Positions 1 to 13,519 of a stretch of 64,000 nt of DNA are shown here, piece by piece (the first letter of the stretch is position 1; each line of letters opens with the position of its first letter). A program made the translations under genes and the position numbers. This stretch comes from Eledone cirrhosa (taxonomy: Eukaryota), in NCBI GenBank assembly GCA_964016885.1, contig OZ024743.1, positions 38,440,001-38,504,000 on the forward strand. The letters run 5' to 3'. The notes beneath the pieces were generated by a model, which saw nothing but the letters and a program-made list of their open reading frames with translations, made no database searches and was not told where the DNA came from.

Positions 1-774
1 CACGCGTTTATACTCTGACACACACAACCAAACACACGCACACCCTGAAAGACTTCAGTACATATACATCGGAGTATGTACACATACACAGGCACTCACG
101 TTCACAAACATTATAGCATACTATATATACACACATGGCGCATAGGGGCTTGCAGCATACATGCACACAAATTTAACCATGCACACACTCTTACAAATGA
201 CCTCCAATATTCAGATACATTTTCATGAACATACATACACTCATTAACAGGCACATCCACTTATGTACACATATAGTTTAATACAAGATATAGGCCCACA
301 CTTAAACCGAACAATATAACAACACAATAATCAGACATGCACATCACATACACACAGCTTATACGCATAAAGTATGCACACATAGAAAACACACAAAGCC
401 CACACGATCACAGATATATCTTTATCTGATACAAATTTGACACACGAAATTCCATTATGTTGGACAGACATTTTAAGGCATGTATTATCATAATGGTAAC
501 ACTTTGTATTGGTCATCGTACTGTATCGAGTTACAAATTTTAGTTCTCTAATTAAAAATATGCAAAAGCTGAAAAAAATGTTCCCTGTATATATATATGT
601 GTATTTACAACATTGTACCATCACGAAGGAAAAGAAATATGCTTTAAAACATGAAGTGCATAATAAACTGTTCTCCTCTGTTGTATCGGATAATACGTTA
701 TTACTGAAGTAATATATGTTACTATGCTTTGGGTTCAAATTTATCCACTCCAGATCGATAAATCAATTGCTAGT

Positions 775-1770
<996 letters not shown>

Positions 1771-2539
1771 CGTGTGTGCCTCTTTCTCCATCTCTCTTTT
1801 AAAAGCCCTTTACCTCTTTCCATTTTTCGTAGATATATTATACAAAATAATAGTGAAACTGTCTCGAAGGTATTCGTTGAACTCAGAGAGCAGAAATACA
1901 AATATTATTTCTAAGGGAGAAATAATTAATTATTCAGCAATATTTATTTTTGATATGGTCTATTTCATCCATTAATTCCGCAAAATATGTTACGATTATT
2001 TCATGAATCTGAAATAAAAATGTATTTTTTTCTTTCATAATCCATTCAATAGATATTTCTAACGTATTTTCAAAGATTATTAACATTTTATCATGTTATT
2101 TAAATATAAATCCCATTAGCCGTAGATAAATCTAATGAGTCATATTTTTTTCAGAAACTCAAAATATGCATATTGACAAGATAATAATCTTTTCATGGTG
2201 ATGTTACATTCCGAGAAACTAGATACAGTTACGCTTATTATAAAATGCAATAAGTATAGATTCTATAGAGATGAAATCTGAGCATAAAATATCTAAGGAG
2301 AGGCTCTAAATAGAATATCTGAAGATGATACCATTCATATTGATGATCAAAAGTGCCTACATGAATTTATTGAATAATGTTTCTTGTTTAGACACATGAT
2401 ATAGGTGAGCGACAGTCCTTTTCAGGACGCATTTAGCGCAGGTGCTTCTCCTTAGCCATCAGAATCCATTTTCGTGTCCATCCCAAAGCTAATGATGTCT
2501 AGCAACGTTATTAATCAGTAATTACGGTGAATTGCCAGT

Positions 2540-2712
2540 ATCAGTAGAGTGACGGATATGCGTTCCAGCATAGTTACATCCCTTTACGATCTGTGTTCAA
2601 ATCCCGCCGAAGTTAACTTTGCCTTTCATCCTTACGGGGGTCGCTAAAATAAAGTACCATTAATATACTGCGATTATTGCTGGCCTTGTGTCAAAAGTAG
2701 AAACAGTTATTA
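2540..2712 (+). mobile_element. tRNA-derived SINE, family A
   Basis: B-box-like gttcaaatcc followed by the core aactttgcctttcatcc...ggggtcg.taaaataaagtacca and tail ggccttgtgtcaaaagtagaaaca. Several copies occur in the window. Confidence 0.75.
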
Positions 2713-3804
2713 ATCAGTAATTACCTTAATAAGTAGTTGTATGCATTTCAAGAGTCACGTGTTTATTCTCTATAAAATTCAAAGGCAAAAATATGGGAAT
2801 TTTTCAATAAAATAAATTGATTAAAACACGTTAGATATACTAGCAGAAAAACCTCGGGTGGTTTTCTGCTGGAATGTGTAGTGTACATATTGATATTATA
2901 CGCAATTAAAATCGTAAGTGACAATATCCTCAGAAACTGAACGAACACTGCGTTACACTCTCTTATGTAATCAGTAACGTAATCCATGATACATTAAAAA
3001 AAGACGATATTATATATAAACGGCATTAGGAGAAAATTAGTGACGGAAATATATGAATGTTTATTTCAGCGATCGCTAACCGGAAGTGTAGACATTTGAA
3101 CATTTTAAAGAAGTGAATCTTTAAATAAACAATGAAATATATTTAATAAACAGCTAGGAAATTTAGTAGATAAATTATGTAATATTCATTATTATTTTTC
3201 AAAGTAATCCATCTTATTTTACTAATGGGATACAAAATTATACCGTTCGCAGTCCCGCACTCATTACTTTATTATAGTTTAGATGCCTGTAATTTTACCT
3301 TCCCTACTCCATCTACATATCCATTGTCTTTAATAAATTCAGGGATATAGCGACGAGAGAAATTGCATAAATATTCTGCCACCTCTCCAACATTTGGTTA
3401 TTCCCGTCACAATTGGATAATCTAAAACATCAAGCAACAACATGTCACTCTCTTAATTGTCATTTACCTCGTTATTTGTTATTCAAGAGCAAACTCTCAT
3501 TTTGTATATTTTGTGCATATTTGGTCCTCATCCTAAATCTGTTATCACGATATATTTTAAATTAAGCCTTTCTTTTTTATTGTGTATTGTAATTTCCCAT
3601 ATAAACATGGCATTTATGACATCATGTCATTTAAAAACCCTAAACACGTCATTTATCAAAGATAAATCTTCTAGAGAACTTCAATCAAAATGTCACTTCC
3701 ATTTCGATTAAATTCATCAGCATCAACACTACAATTAATACCAATTTTCACCTATCTATCCTTAATCATTGAGAAACTTTATCGTAACTCATCCGTCTCT
3801 AAGG

Positions 3805-4137
3805 ATCATATATAATTCTGAACTCGATATATTTGATATATTTCACATAGTGTAAGATAAAGTTGATTAAGTTAGATATACACATATACTTGAGAAGAAT
3901 GTTTCATACATTCAAAACATAATCACAATCATTAGGTATTCAGTGATACATGAGATATAACTACATTTAAATTGAAGACATTTAGATAATCTGGAATGGC
4001 TATACATGTTATCACTCTTTTGATAGTAACTATGCTTTAATTTTATTGTAGGCCTTCTGGTGTTTACCTGAATAATGTCTGGCCTCGGGTGGTTAATTTT
4101 ATAAAGAATATTTACTAAGTACACTCCGCATGTATTA
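3805..4137. repeat. Left arm of a ~330-bp inverted repeat (partner 6819-7151)
   Basis: Highly similar to the reverse complement of 6819-7151, e.g. tttactaagtacactccgcatgtatta / taatacatgcggagtgtacttagtaaa. Confidence 0.9.
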
Positions 4138-4191
4138 TATATATTTTTGTTTATTTTTTATATTATTTCGTCTTATTTTGTAATTTGATAT

Positions 4192-4221
<30 letters not shown>

Positions 4222-4225
<4 letters not shown>

Positions 4226-4854
4226 AGTATGTATACGTACATACATATATGTATACAGACATACAGTAGTATGTATATATATATATAAACATTCATGCAG
4301 ACATACATATATGTACGTATGGATTCACCGAACATTTATTATAATGCTCGGTGTCTTTGTAAACAAACATACCCGTATTAAGCCGTAGTGTATAGTAACC
4401 ATCGTTGCTCGTTTGTTCAACACTGACAAAGTTGTTGTCGGTGCACCCGGGCGTTTAACCCACTCGATATGCAAATTGGGCTACACAGCTGTTAATATGC
4501 ATGAGGAAAGTATATACTTTCAGACGTTCAATCATCTGGCAGGAAAGTATACGTTGCTGACGATAGCTAATAAACTTGAAACTAGTACAGCGTTCCGTTG
4601 TCAGTGTTGAACAAACGAGCAACGATGGTTGCTAGACATTACGGCTTAATACGGGATGTTTGTTTACAAACACCCCGAGCATTATAATAAATGTTCGATG
4701 AATCCATACGTACATGTATATATGTATGCGTGTATGTATATATGTATACATACTACTGTACGTCTGTATACATATATGTATGTACGTATACATACTTATA
4801 TTTAAGTAACAGCCGTACTAAGAGTGGGAAATGAAATTTCGTTTCATTTTTTCC

Positions 4855-4860
<6 letters not shown>
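4222..4860 (+). mobile_element. Non-coding hammerhead-bearing fold-back element, family H1, copy 1
   Basis: Inverted arms at ~4222-4428 and ~4598-4800, with an HHR at 4551-4593. Homologous to 12580-13300 and 39355-39836; flanked by (TA)n. Confidence 0.85.
4551..4593 (+). ncRNA. Type I minimal hammerhead motif (family H1)
   Basis: acgttg CTGACGA tagctaataaactt GAAA ctag TA cagcgt; stem I acgttg/cagcgt (one G-U pair), palindromic stem III ACTAGT, GUA cleavage triplet. Stem II is decayed in this copy. Confidence 0.75.
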
Positions 4861-4925
<65 letters not shown>

Positions 4926-4926
<1 letters not shown>

Positions 4927-4955
4927 TAGCTAAACTACCCGTCCTGTGGATGGTT
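4926..4955 (-). mobile_element. Possible Helitron 3' terminus
   Basis: Minus strand reads accatcc-aca-ggacgggt agtttag CTAG|t: a GC-rich hairpin a few bases before a terminal CTAG, next to (TA)n. Confidence 0.4.
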
Positions 4956-5966
4956 CAAGTAGCTTTCGATGTACTTCATTAAACTAAGCAAAGTAAATTA
5001 GAATACATAGAAAAAAACGTACTTTATATAAACATGACAACCTTAAGCGAAATAATTAATATGTGAGCCCGGTGTCATCCGTTATGCCATGTAACAACAC
5101 AAATTCAATCTAGGTATGAATTTTGTTGACAACAGTAAAAGCGCATCATGAACTAGAGAACTGAAGTGAATAATAGACAATATTATGTACAAAGCATAAT
5201 ATTGTAAAAGTTATGACATCACTTAATGTATGAACATGAAGCTTGCAATTATAAATTATACAATGTCAAATCTATAACTTAACTTAGTAATCTGTTAGAA
5301 ATTGCTGGTTGTGAAATATACAAAATGATATTGTTAGTCTCAAGGAAGCGTACCTTTAGTTTCAAGTACAAAGAAAAAAATTAAAATCCGAATGAGCCAA
5401 ATTACGAAATATAACTCTTGTCTTACTTAATCACGAAAATTAACACAAATAACCGAAACTTTTAATGTCTGCAAAGTCACCAATATAGATTTTTGAGAGC
5501 CGTTGTAGATCATGTACAGTTTTTGTGTAAAGTGAAGCTCTGTAAAAAATTTCAAAGAAATTGCATGAATGGTTTAGAATATATGAGCCTTCATTAAAAA
5601 TTGTCCACACACAAACATACACACACATACAGAAAACTTCCTCCTTATTAATATATACAGACATAATGAAATAATAGACAAAAATATACCTATACAAACA
5701 TATGCCATATAATATATATATATATATATATATGTTCATTTACAAAATGTGTCGTCGTCGGCGTCGTGTTATTAGTTTACTATAGTTCACTATAGAAAGG
5801 TTATTTTATGAAAAACATATTATATTGTTTTAATTCAAATGAAAATAAACATTACTCCTGGGGACTAATACCTTATAAAATTTGATTTTATTTAATCCAG
5901 CCATTTGAGAATGCATAGGAACAGACAGAGAGACAGAGAGACAAATAATTATATATAGAGAGAGAT

Positions 5967-6107
<141 letters not shown>

Positions 6108-6263
6108 GAAACACACAGATACATGCGGACACACACATATATACATGAATGCATCCGCACCCAACTGTGAGTTAAGGGTGCCAACTTCACCGATGTTGCT
6201 CAATGAATGACTGGGACAGACCAATTCAGTTTGAACCAGACTGAACCAGTATCAGAGTTAAAA

Positions 6264-6769
6264 ATACATTATGAAGAGAGAAGAAACATTTAGATATAAT
6301 TAGTAATAAAATGTATCATACCTAAACTGTTCCTAAATTCCTCGACTACGTAGTTTCGTGGCATAAACAAAAACAATATATCAAAGATATAGAGTCCTTG
6401 CGAGGTCTGCCGACTTATCAAGAGGATACCTCATTTTACTAGTCTCAAGAACGCGTCTACACGACGTGAGAAAGAATCCCAAAAGGCGGAGGGGGAGATA
6501 GTCACGCGATATAACGGTCGAGAAACAGAGCTAAGCCTCTTATAACCACGAAGAAAATACCACGGAGGCGGAGGGGGTATTCATATCGAGGCCATATCTG
6601 TTTCTCGACCGTTATATCGCGTGACTATCTCCCCCTCCGCCTTTTGGGATTCTTTCTCACGTCGTGTAGACGCGTTCTTGAGACTAGTAAAATGAGGTAT
6701 CCTCTTGATAAGTTTAGGTATGATACATTTTATTACTAATTATATCTAAATGTTTCTTCTCTCTTCATA

Positions 6770-6775
<6 letters not shown>
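6264..6775. mobile_element. Fold-back element (family H2) with an extended hammerhead in the left arm
   Basis: 6264-6529 is the reverse complement of 6597-6775 apart from an ~85-bp segment missing from the right arm; that segment holds most of the HHR. Confidence 0.85.
6339..6426 (-). ncRNA. Type I hammerhead, U3-A8 core variant with a long loop II
   Basis: Minus strand: tcctc TTGATAA gtcggca [44 nt] tgccac GAAA ctacgtag TC gagga; perfect 5-bp stem I, palindromic stem III, GUC triplet. Confidence 0.75.
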
Positions 6776-6813
<38 letters not shown>

Positions 6814-6818
6814 ATCTT

Positions 6819-7151
6819 TAATACATGCGGAGTGTACTTAGTAAATATTCTTTATAAAATTAACCACCCGAGGCCAGATATTATTCAGGTAAACACCAGA
6901 AGGCCTACAATACAATTAAAGCATAGTTAATATCAAAAGAGTGATAACATGTATAGCCATTCCAGATTATCTAAATGTCTTCAATTTAGATGTAGTTATA
7001 TCTCATGTATTACTGAATACCTAATGATTGTGATTTGGTTTTGAATATATGAGAAAGTCTTCTCAAGTATATGTGTATATCTAACTAATTCAACATTATC
7101 TTACAATATGTGAAATATATCAAATATATGGTGTTCAGAATTATATATGAT
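6819..7151. repeat. Right arm of the inverted repeat (partner 3805-4137)
   Basis: Reverse complement of 3805-4137. Confidence 0.9.
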
Positions 7152-7602
7152 GCAGTCGGGTCATCAAACATAGAGACGTCAGAATGTCTGTGTATCAATT
7201 TAAGTACTAACATATCACATATTATTTAATACAATTTCTTAGAAAATGCAGTATTATTGAGTTATGGAAACCTAACTGAGATATTGTGGATTACATGTGA
7301 TGTATGTTATATGGTATATATTATATGTATTATGTGTTATGTATGATGTCGACGTTTCGGTCCAGGTTAGTCAAACTTTTTCTCAGTTCAGTCTTTTTCG
7401 TGGCTATGGTCACTGCGGCCCTTCTATCGGTCGCTATCTTCATTTTGCAAAGCTGTCTAAACGTAATGTTATATCTCTAGGGTTATATACCCTATCCGAG
7501 TGCTTAGCTGCACAACGAGACTGCATTTGTTAGCTTGGCTGCAACCAAGGCTTCATTGCTTCTGTACTAAATTTTGTATATATATATATGTATATATAAA
7601 CA

Positions 7603-7657
<55 letters not shown>

Positions 7658-7663
<6 letters not shown>

Positions 7664-8600
7664 ATACTTTGGGAGGGTCATGTTGCCAATAAGAAACACA
7701 CGCACCAGTAGTTTCACTTCAATTTATTATATATTTATAAATTTATAAATTTACAAATTTACAAACCTATACATTTCTGGTTGGTTGGTTGGTTCCACAA
7801 CCAGATAGTTGTTTATATATATAGTCATAGTCCTTTCGTCACACACTCTGTGACCTCTTCAGTGACTGGGGATTCCTTTCTTCGTTTCTGTGCCTTTCCT
7901 TTCTTCTATCCTAGGCCATTTTGTTTCTGTGTGTGTGTTGTGTGCTCAGTTTGCGCATGCGCCACATCCGGGTGTCTGTGTGTGTTTGTGTTCATTTTTC
8001 TATTTTTCTATTTATATTTTTCTATTTGTTTATTTATTTATTTATTTATTGTTGGTTGGTTGTTTGTTCTATGTGTGTGTGTGTTTTCATTTTGTCCTGT
8101 GTGTGTTTTCATTTTGTGTGTGTTTTCAATTGTAAGTTGTTTGTTCTATGTGTGTGTGTGTTTTCATTTTGTCCTTAATTGTAAGTTGTGATGTTGCTGT
8201 TCCACTCATATTTTCTATTTAATTTTGGTTTTAATTCTTTTATGCTTACTGCCTCTGTAATTTGCCTAAACATTGCGTCTTTTCTGTGTGTGGATTCTAT
8301 TTTTATTTCTATGCTCTCTAATCTACCCCTGTGTTCTATCTTAGCATGTTGGTAGAGCACAGATGATTCTTTATTATCTTGGAGGTCTCGCCAGTGTTCA
8401 TTTATTCGTTCCCCTATACTACGAGCTGTCTCACCTATGTACACTATATTTTTGTTTCTAGATTGTCCTTCAGTACATCTTATGCTATACACTACATTTC
8501 TAGTTTTACAGTTAATATGGGGGCTTATTTTACAGGTTATACATTTCTTATCTATACATGAGGGTCTTTGGAACGGGTATGTCTTGCTAATAAGTGTTTT
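7658..8600 (-). mobile_element. Penelope-like element 3' fragment (GIY-YIG) plus pLTR
   Basis: ORF 8175-8492 reads YSIRCTEGQ...VYIGETARSIGERINEH...RQITEAVSIKELKPKLNRKYEWN. The pLTR terminus tattgttatactttgggagggtcatg abuts (TA)n. Confidence 0.92.
7823..7867 (-). ncRNA. Type I minimal hammerhead in PLE pLTR (well formed)
   Basis: Minus strand: agtca CTGAAGA g gtcaca-gagtg-tgtgac GAAA ggac TA tgact; perfect stems I and II. Confidence 0.85.
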
Positions 8601-9199
8601 CCGTAAAAAGACTTATATAGAGGTAACTGGGAAAATAATGCAGTAAATTAGTAATTAGGATGAGATTAGCTAAAATAAGAACAATTAAAATACAGGGAAT
8701 TACACTTAGGTAAAGTACCCACCGAAACCAGTGTGTTTGTTAAAAGTTTGGTCAACATAGCGAGGACGGCCTGAGCAAATGGGCGTACTTTGAGCATAGA
8801 CAACATCTGAGGCTGCACTTGGCGACTAGGTTGATTTCAGATTTGTGGTGTTCCTAAACTACTCCTTGATGATACCTCACTTCTATTGGGGAATTCTTTT
8901 ATATTTAATGGTAATTATCACTTCTTTTCATTATTTTTACATGTGTTTATGGAATGTCCAGTCCTCGTTCTTTTGTATTCTCTTTTGTGGTTCGGTTCTT
9001 GTATCCAGTGAAGAAAGAATTATTGTTAAATAATATCAACATATTGATAAATTCATATCTATAATTCACTATGTGATGCTCTTCAATTTAAACAGACGTT
9101 TGCCAATAATGTTGGCAAAACTTGAGATATTTATCTCTTTCTAAATTGTATGAAGTTAGCAAAGTTATAAAGTAATGTGTTTTAAGATATTCATATTAA

Positions 9200-9440
9200 T
9201 CATGATGAGGACGATGTTAAGGAATACGATGGCAACGTAATGGAAGTTGAAGATAATGATACTGATAATTGGGCTGATGTTGGCTGCGGGAACTGTGAGG
9301 ATGATGGTGTCATGACGACGAAGATAATGCTGATGATGATATAGATGTTATGATTGCGAGAACTGTGATGATCATGCAGTTCTTGCTGCTGGTAATAGGT
9401 ATATTGTTATACATTATGATAGAGATAGTGATGATGATGC
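9200..9440. repeat. Degenerate (GAT)n low-complexity tract
   Basis: Recurrent gatgat/gataat units. Confidence 0.7.
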
Positions 9441-10139
9441 TGCGTGATTAGACAATATAAAGATATCCACACTGGAAATAACAAAAATGATGAAGTGACA
9501 AAAAACATATAGGCCATTCACAAAATATTTCTTGGAGTCCTATCCTGCGACTAATGATATGATCATTCAGCAATGCTTCTTTGCTGAATGAAGAATGAGG
9601 GCAGGTCAGATATATACTGCTGATAGATACAGGAGTACTTGGCAGACAATATATAAAATACACCCAGATGTTATCTTTTCACATTTGTAAATGGCCACTA
9701 TCGCTGCATACGCTATCATATATGAAAAGGTTAGTGGCATCGGATCTATGCATTGTCGTTTCAACTCACAATCCGTGAATAACTGAAGACTTTGTTAGAA
9801 CTTAACATGCGTTACTGCATTTTAAATCTCACAGTCATATCGATGATTATCTAAACAAACCTAACGTTCCCACATCAGTTCACATTATGCTCTGTATAAG
9901 GTGAAAAATAACTTATGTGAATCAACATTTGTGTCCATAATTGAAATGGACGTTTAAAATACTGTTTGAGCGATATAAGTTAATGTGGGGACACATTTTA
10001 TAGTGGTTATAGTGTTCATCTAACGACTGTGAGTTCGATTCTCAGAGAGTCATTATGGTTTTTTATGAAGACATTTTATTTCAAGTTGTTCATGTATACT
10101 CTGCTTCTATAAAGAACATTGACTTGAAATTCAACGTCC

Positions 10140-11100
10140 AGCTTTATCACACATTCTTCCAGGCAAAGTTTTCCTGAAAATTACCTTAAGGATACACTTT
10201 ATATTATAACAGCTTCAGGCATGGGTTGCATAGGAGGTGCGTCGAGAAAGGAGAAACTTAGTTACTGTCTGAGTGGTTTACAGGAAAGCATTCAATTTTC
10301 TTTCCCATTATTGGATGTAAAAGGCCCTTCGACTTGCTAGTGTTCCATACGGAGCCCAAATCGTCTTCGGTTACATGCAGAGAAGTGGCTGCTGTATTTT
10401 TGGAGATAATGTAAAATCTCGCAGGAGATACTCTCTCGGTGATGCTATTTATACGTTCAATAAACCCCTTGTTCTTTATGCCCAGGAAATATGAAGGTGT
10501 ATAATCGGTTCACTGGAAACCAGAAACACTTACCTAACCAAACCTCTTTGTGAACGACCTGAAAATGTATGCTAAGTATATAAACGGTTGGCGAAAAATC
10601 ATGCCCGGGTTACGACATTCTTGAATGATATAACAATGAGATTTGTCCAGCATCAGTATTCCTATATGACTGTAAAGCGAGGAACAATTAAAGCTAATCT
10701 AGCAACATCCCTATCAGTGGCCTTTCTGTTTCAGCCATACCTGAAGAAGACTTAAAGACACATGGAGATAGATGAAAATAAACCCTATGATGGAATATGT
10801 AACAAGCTAAGATTAACCACCGTAATATACAATCCGACTAATAAATATATGGTCTTCATAAGTCTCTATTTCCAAAATATCAATAGCTCTAAATGTCTTT
10901 GCCGTGCCTCTGGTAACACCAACATTTCGACTAATTCACGGGACGCTAGACAATATCAGGGCCACTGATGTGAAAACACGAAAAGTTCAAAGTCACACCC
11001 GAAATGTCCATATCAACAGTGGCATAGAGCGCCTCTACCTGAAATATAGCACCTGTCTAAAGATGTCATCATAATACTAATTACCTATGGGACATGGTGT
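10140..11100 (+). mobile_element. Highly decayed non-LTR retrotransposon RT relic (R4/Dong-like)
   Basis: Fragments in expected order: a KAFD-like motif (aaggcccttcgac), GDTLSVMLF (QGDxLSPxLF-like), LFVNDLKMYA (YMDDLKLYA-like) and HINSGIERLYLK (HPKSxxxRLYL-like). Many stops and frameshifts. Confidence 0.55.
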
Positions 11101-11836
11101 AGTGACGAAAGCACTATCCAATGCAATCCATGATATATATGCATACATAATATGAAAGAGAAGTGCTAGAATATTCCAGTGATGACACCAAAAAGTTGCA
11201 AATATAACTGACCAGACATACAGATATGGGAAAGAGAAAAAAAAGCATCCGCAGAAGCGGAAGGCAGCTGCCCGGCAGGTGTCAATGTAAAGCTAAATAT
11301 CAGTGATACGGAGAACATGTATCATGAACTAATAAAGATGTTGTAGATAGGAGCTGACTACTGTGGTAGGTTGGTATGTGTACATACCCACACACAATAC
11401 ATACAAACACATGTATAGAGAGAGTGTGAGGGTGTATATACAACAGTACACACATGTGTGTGTGTGTGCGTATATGCATGCATAAATATGTGTGCGTATA
11501 TATGTGTGGGGTTGTGTGTGTGTGTGTTTTTACAGTTTGTCTGTTAAAGTTACTTTCGTAGCTCTTAACTGTTGCCAATCTTCTGAATTTTGAAGAGAAA
11601 ATAACTTTTTCTTAATTCCCCTCTACAAAAGTAATTTTTCCATATACTTTATATACTCCATAAAAAGTTTTTCAAAAAAGAATTGTCCCTCTTTTTTTAA
11701 TAACATTATCTTTTCAATAATGTCACTTTTACGAATCAAAAAAGAAAAACAAACCCTTAAACATATCTCCCGTGGTATTTCCAGCTTCATCTTTTCTCTA
11801 TACCCTCTGTTTTGTATAGAATCATCTCACTTCTCA

Positions 11837-11927
<91 letters not shown>

Positions 11928-11930
<3 letters not shown>

Positions 11931-12180
11931 ACATAATCGGAAAAAGCTAATAGCGATATTCCGGCCAAATTCCAACTCACTCAACAAACATTAGGAAATA
12001 CCTGAATATATTCCTAATGAAACGTTCGGGGTCCTAACTAATTGTATTGTGTGGAAAATTGGCTGTATCATTTCATATGAGATATATCAAATATATCACT
12101 TCCCAGACGACTCGTTTCACTAAAAGATTTCTATAAGTTGGGTGAAATTATACCAATTTATGTAGAAGCTTGTATAAGAT
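11928..12180. repeat. Dispersed (TA)n-adjacent repeat; inverted copy at 57062-57312
   Basis: Shares ccggccaaattccaactcactcaacaaa.attaggaaata with the reverse complement of 57240-57280. Confidence 0.8.
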
Positions 12181-12579
12181 CAACAGATACTTGTTCAAGT
12201 GGGCTCTTATAATTCTTCAGTGGGTGCCCAAAAATATTAATATTGATAACCAAATCAACATCAATATTTAGCGATAATCACCATCAGTGCTTGAGGGAGC
12301 TGCTAGGTTGTTAGTCCAGCAGTTCTAAAGAAAATATCACACTGTCTCGAAAATAAGAGGAAGGAGACTACCGCCAAAAAACAATACATGCGCAGGTCAA
12401 TGAATTCTGAAAAGAATTCAAGCCACGTGCTAGAACTCAATTGGATATGAAAAAATAACCATATGTGCGCATCGCTTGATGGCACACATAGATATTTTCT
12501 CGGGCAAAATAACAGAATGAGATACAAGAACAAACAATCAATATTCATATAAAAAATAAACAATATATATATATATATA

Positions 12580-12705
12580 TGAATGGAAAAAAAATGAAAT
12601 TTCATTTCTCACTCTTAGTACGGGTGATACTTAAATATAAGTATGTATACGTGCATACATATATGTATACAGACGTAAAGTAGTATGCATATACAAACAT
12701 ACATG

Positions 12706-12802
<97 letters not shown>

Positions 12803-13300
12803 ACGTATGGGTTTACCGAACAGTTATAATGTTCGGTTTGTTTGTAAACAAACAGCCCGAATTAAGCCGTACAGTATTCGGCAACCATCGTTGCCCTTTT
12901 GTTCAACACTGACAAAGGAGCGAAGAACAAGTTTCTAACTTATTAGCTGTCATCAGCACCGTATACCTTCCTGTCAATCGGTTGAACGTTTGAAAGTATA
13001 TACTTTCCTTATGCATATTAACGGGTGAGCCGAATTACGCCGTACAGTGCTCGGCAACCATCCTCGCCCTTTTGTTCAACACTGACACAGGAACGATGTA
13101 CTAGTTTCAAGCTTATTATCTATCGTCAGCGTCGTATACCTTTCTGTTGGGCTGTTTGTTTACGAACAAACCGAACATTGTAATAAATATCAATGTTCGG
13201 TAAACCCAAACGTACATATATATATATGTGTGCATGTATGTATATATATACACACTACTGTACGCCTCTACACTTATATGTATGTACATATACATACTTA
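12580..13300 (-). mobile_element. Family H1 element, copy 2, with two tandem hammerheads and an inverted terminal piece
   Basis: Reverse-complement homology to 4430-4860. HHRs at 12920-12962 and 13093-13135; inverted segment at ~13150-13300. Confidence 0.85.
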
Positions 13301-13334
13301 TATATATATATATATATATATATCTATATATATA

Positions 13335-13380
<46 letters not shown>

Positions 13381-13519
13381 ATAGTAATAAATTTGAATAC
13401 TAAAATCCAAAGAGGGCTCGATAAGGATAAATATATATCACATTCTTTGCTTAAACATTAAGCTGTTATTTTAATAAATAAATAAATATATATATATATA
13501 TATATACACATATATAGTA

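Noticed and set aside
1-330. CA-rich region with a YRPTL-like motif resembling a PLE C-terminus
   Set aside because: Too short and low in complexity to call.
2540-2620. tRNA-like A/B boxes
   Set aside because: SINE heads; no complete cloverleaf.
2841-2873. Hairpin tagcagaaaaacc/ggttttctgctg next to CTAG
   Set aside because: Isolated, with no second copy and no Helitron or ribozyme context.
7346-7390. Minus-strand CTGAGAA...GAAACGTC HHR-like motif
   Set aside because: The 3-8 pair is mismatched and stems I and II are unconvincing; at most a decayed pLTR.
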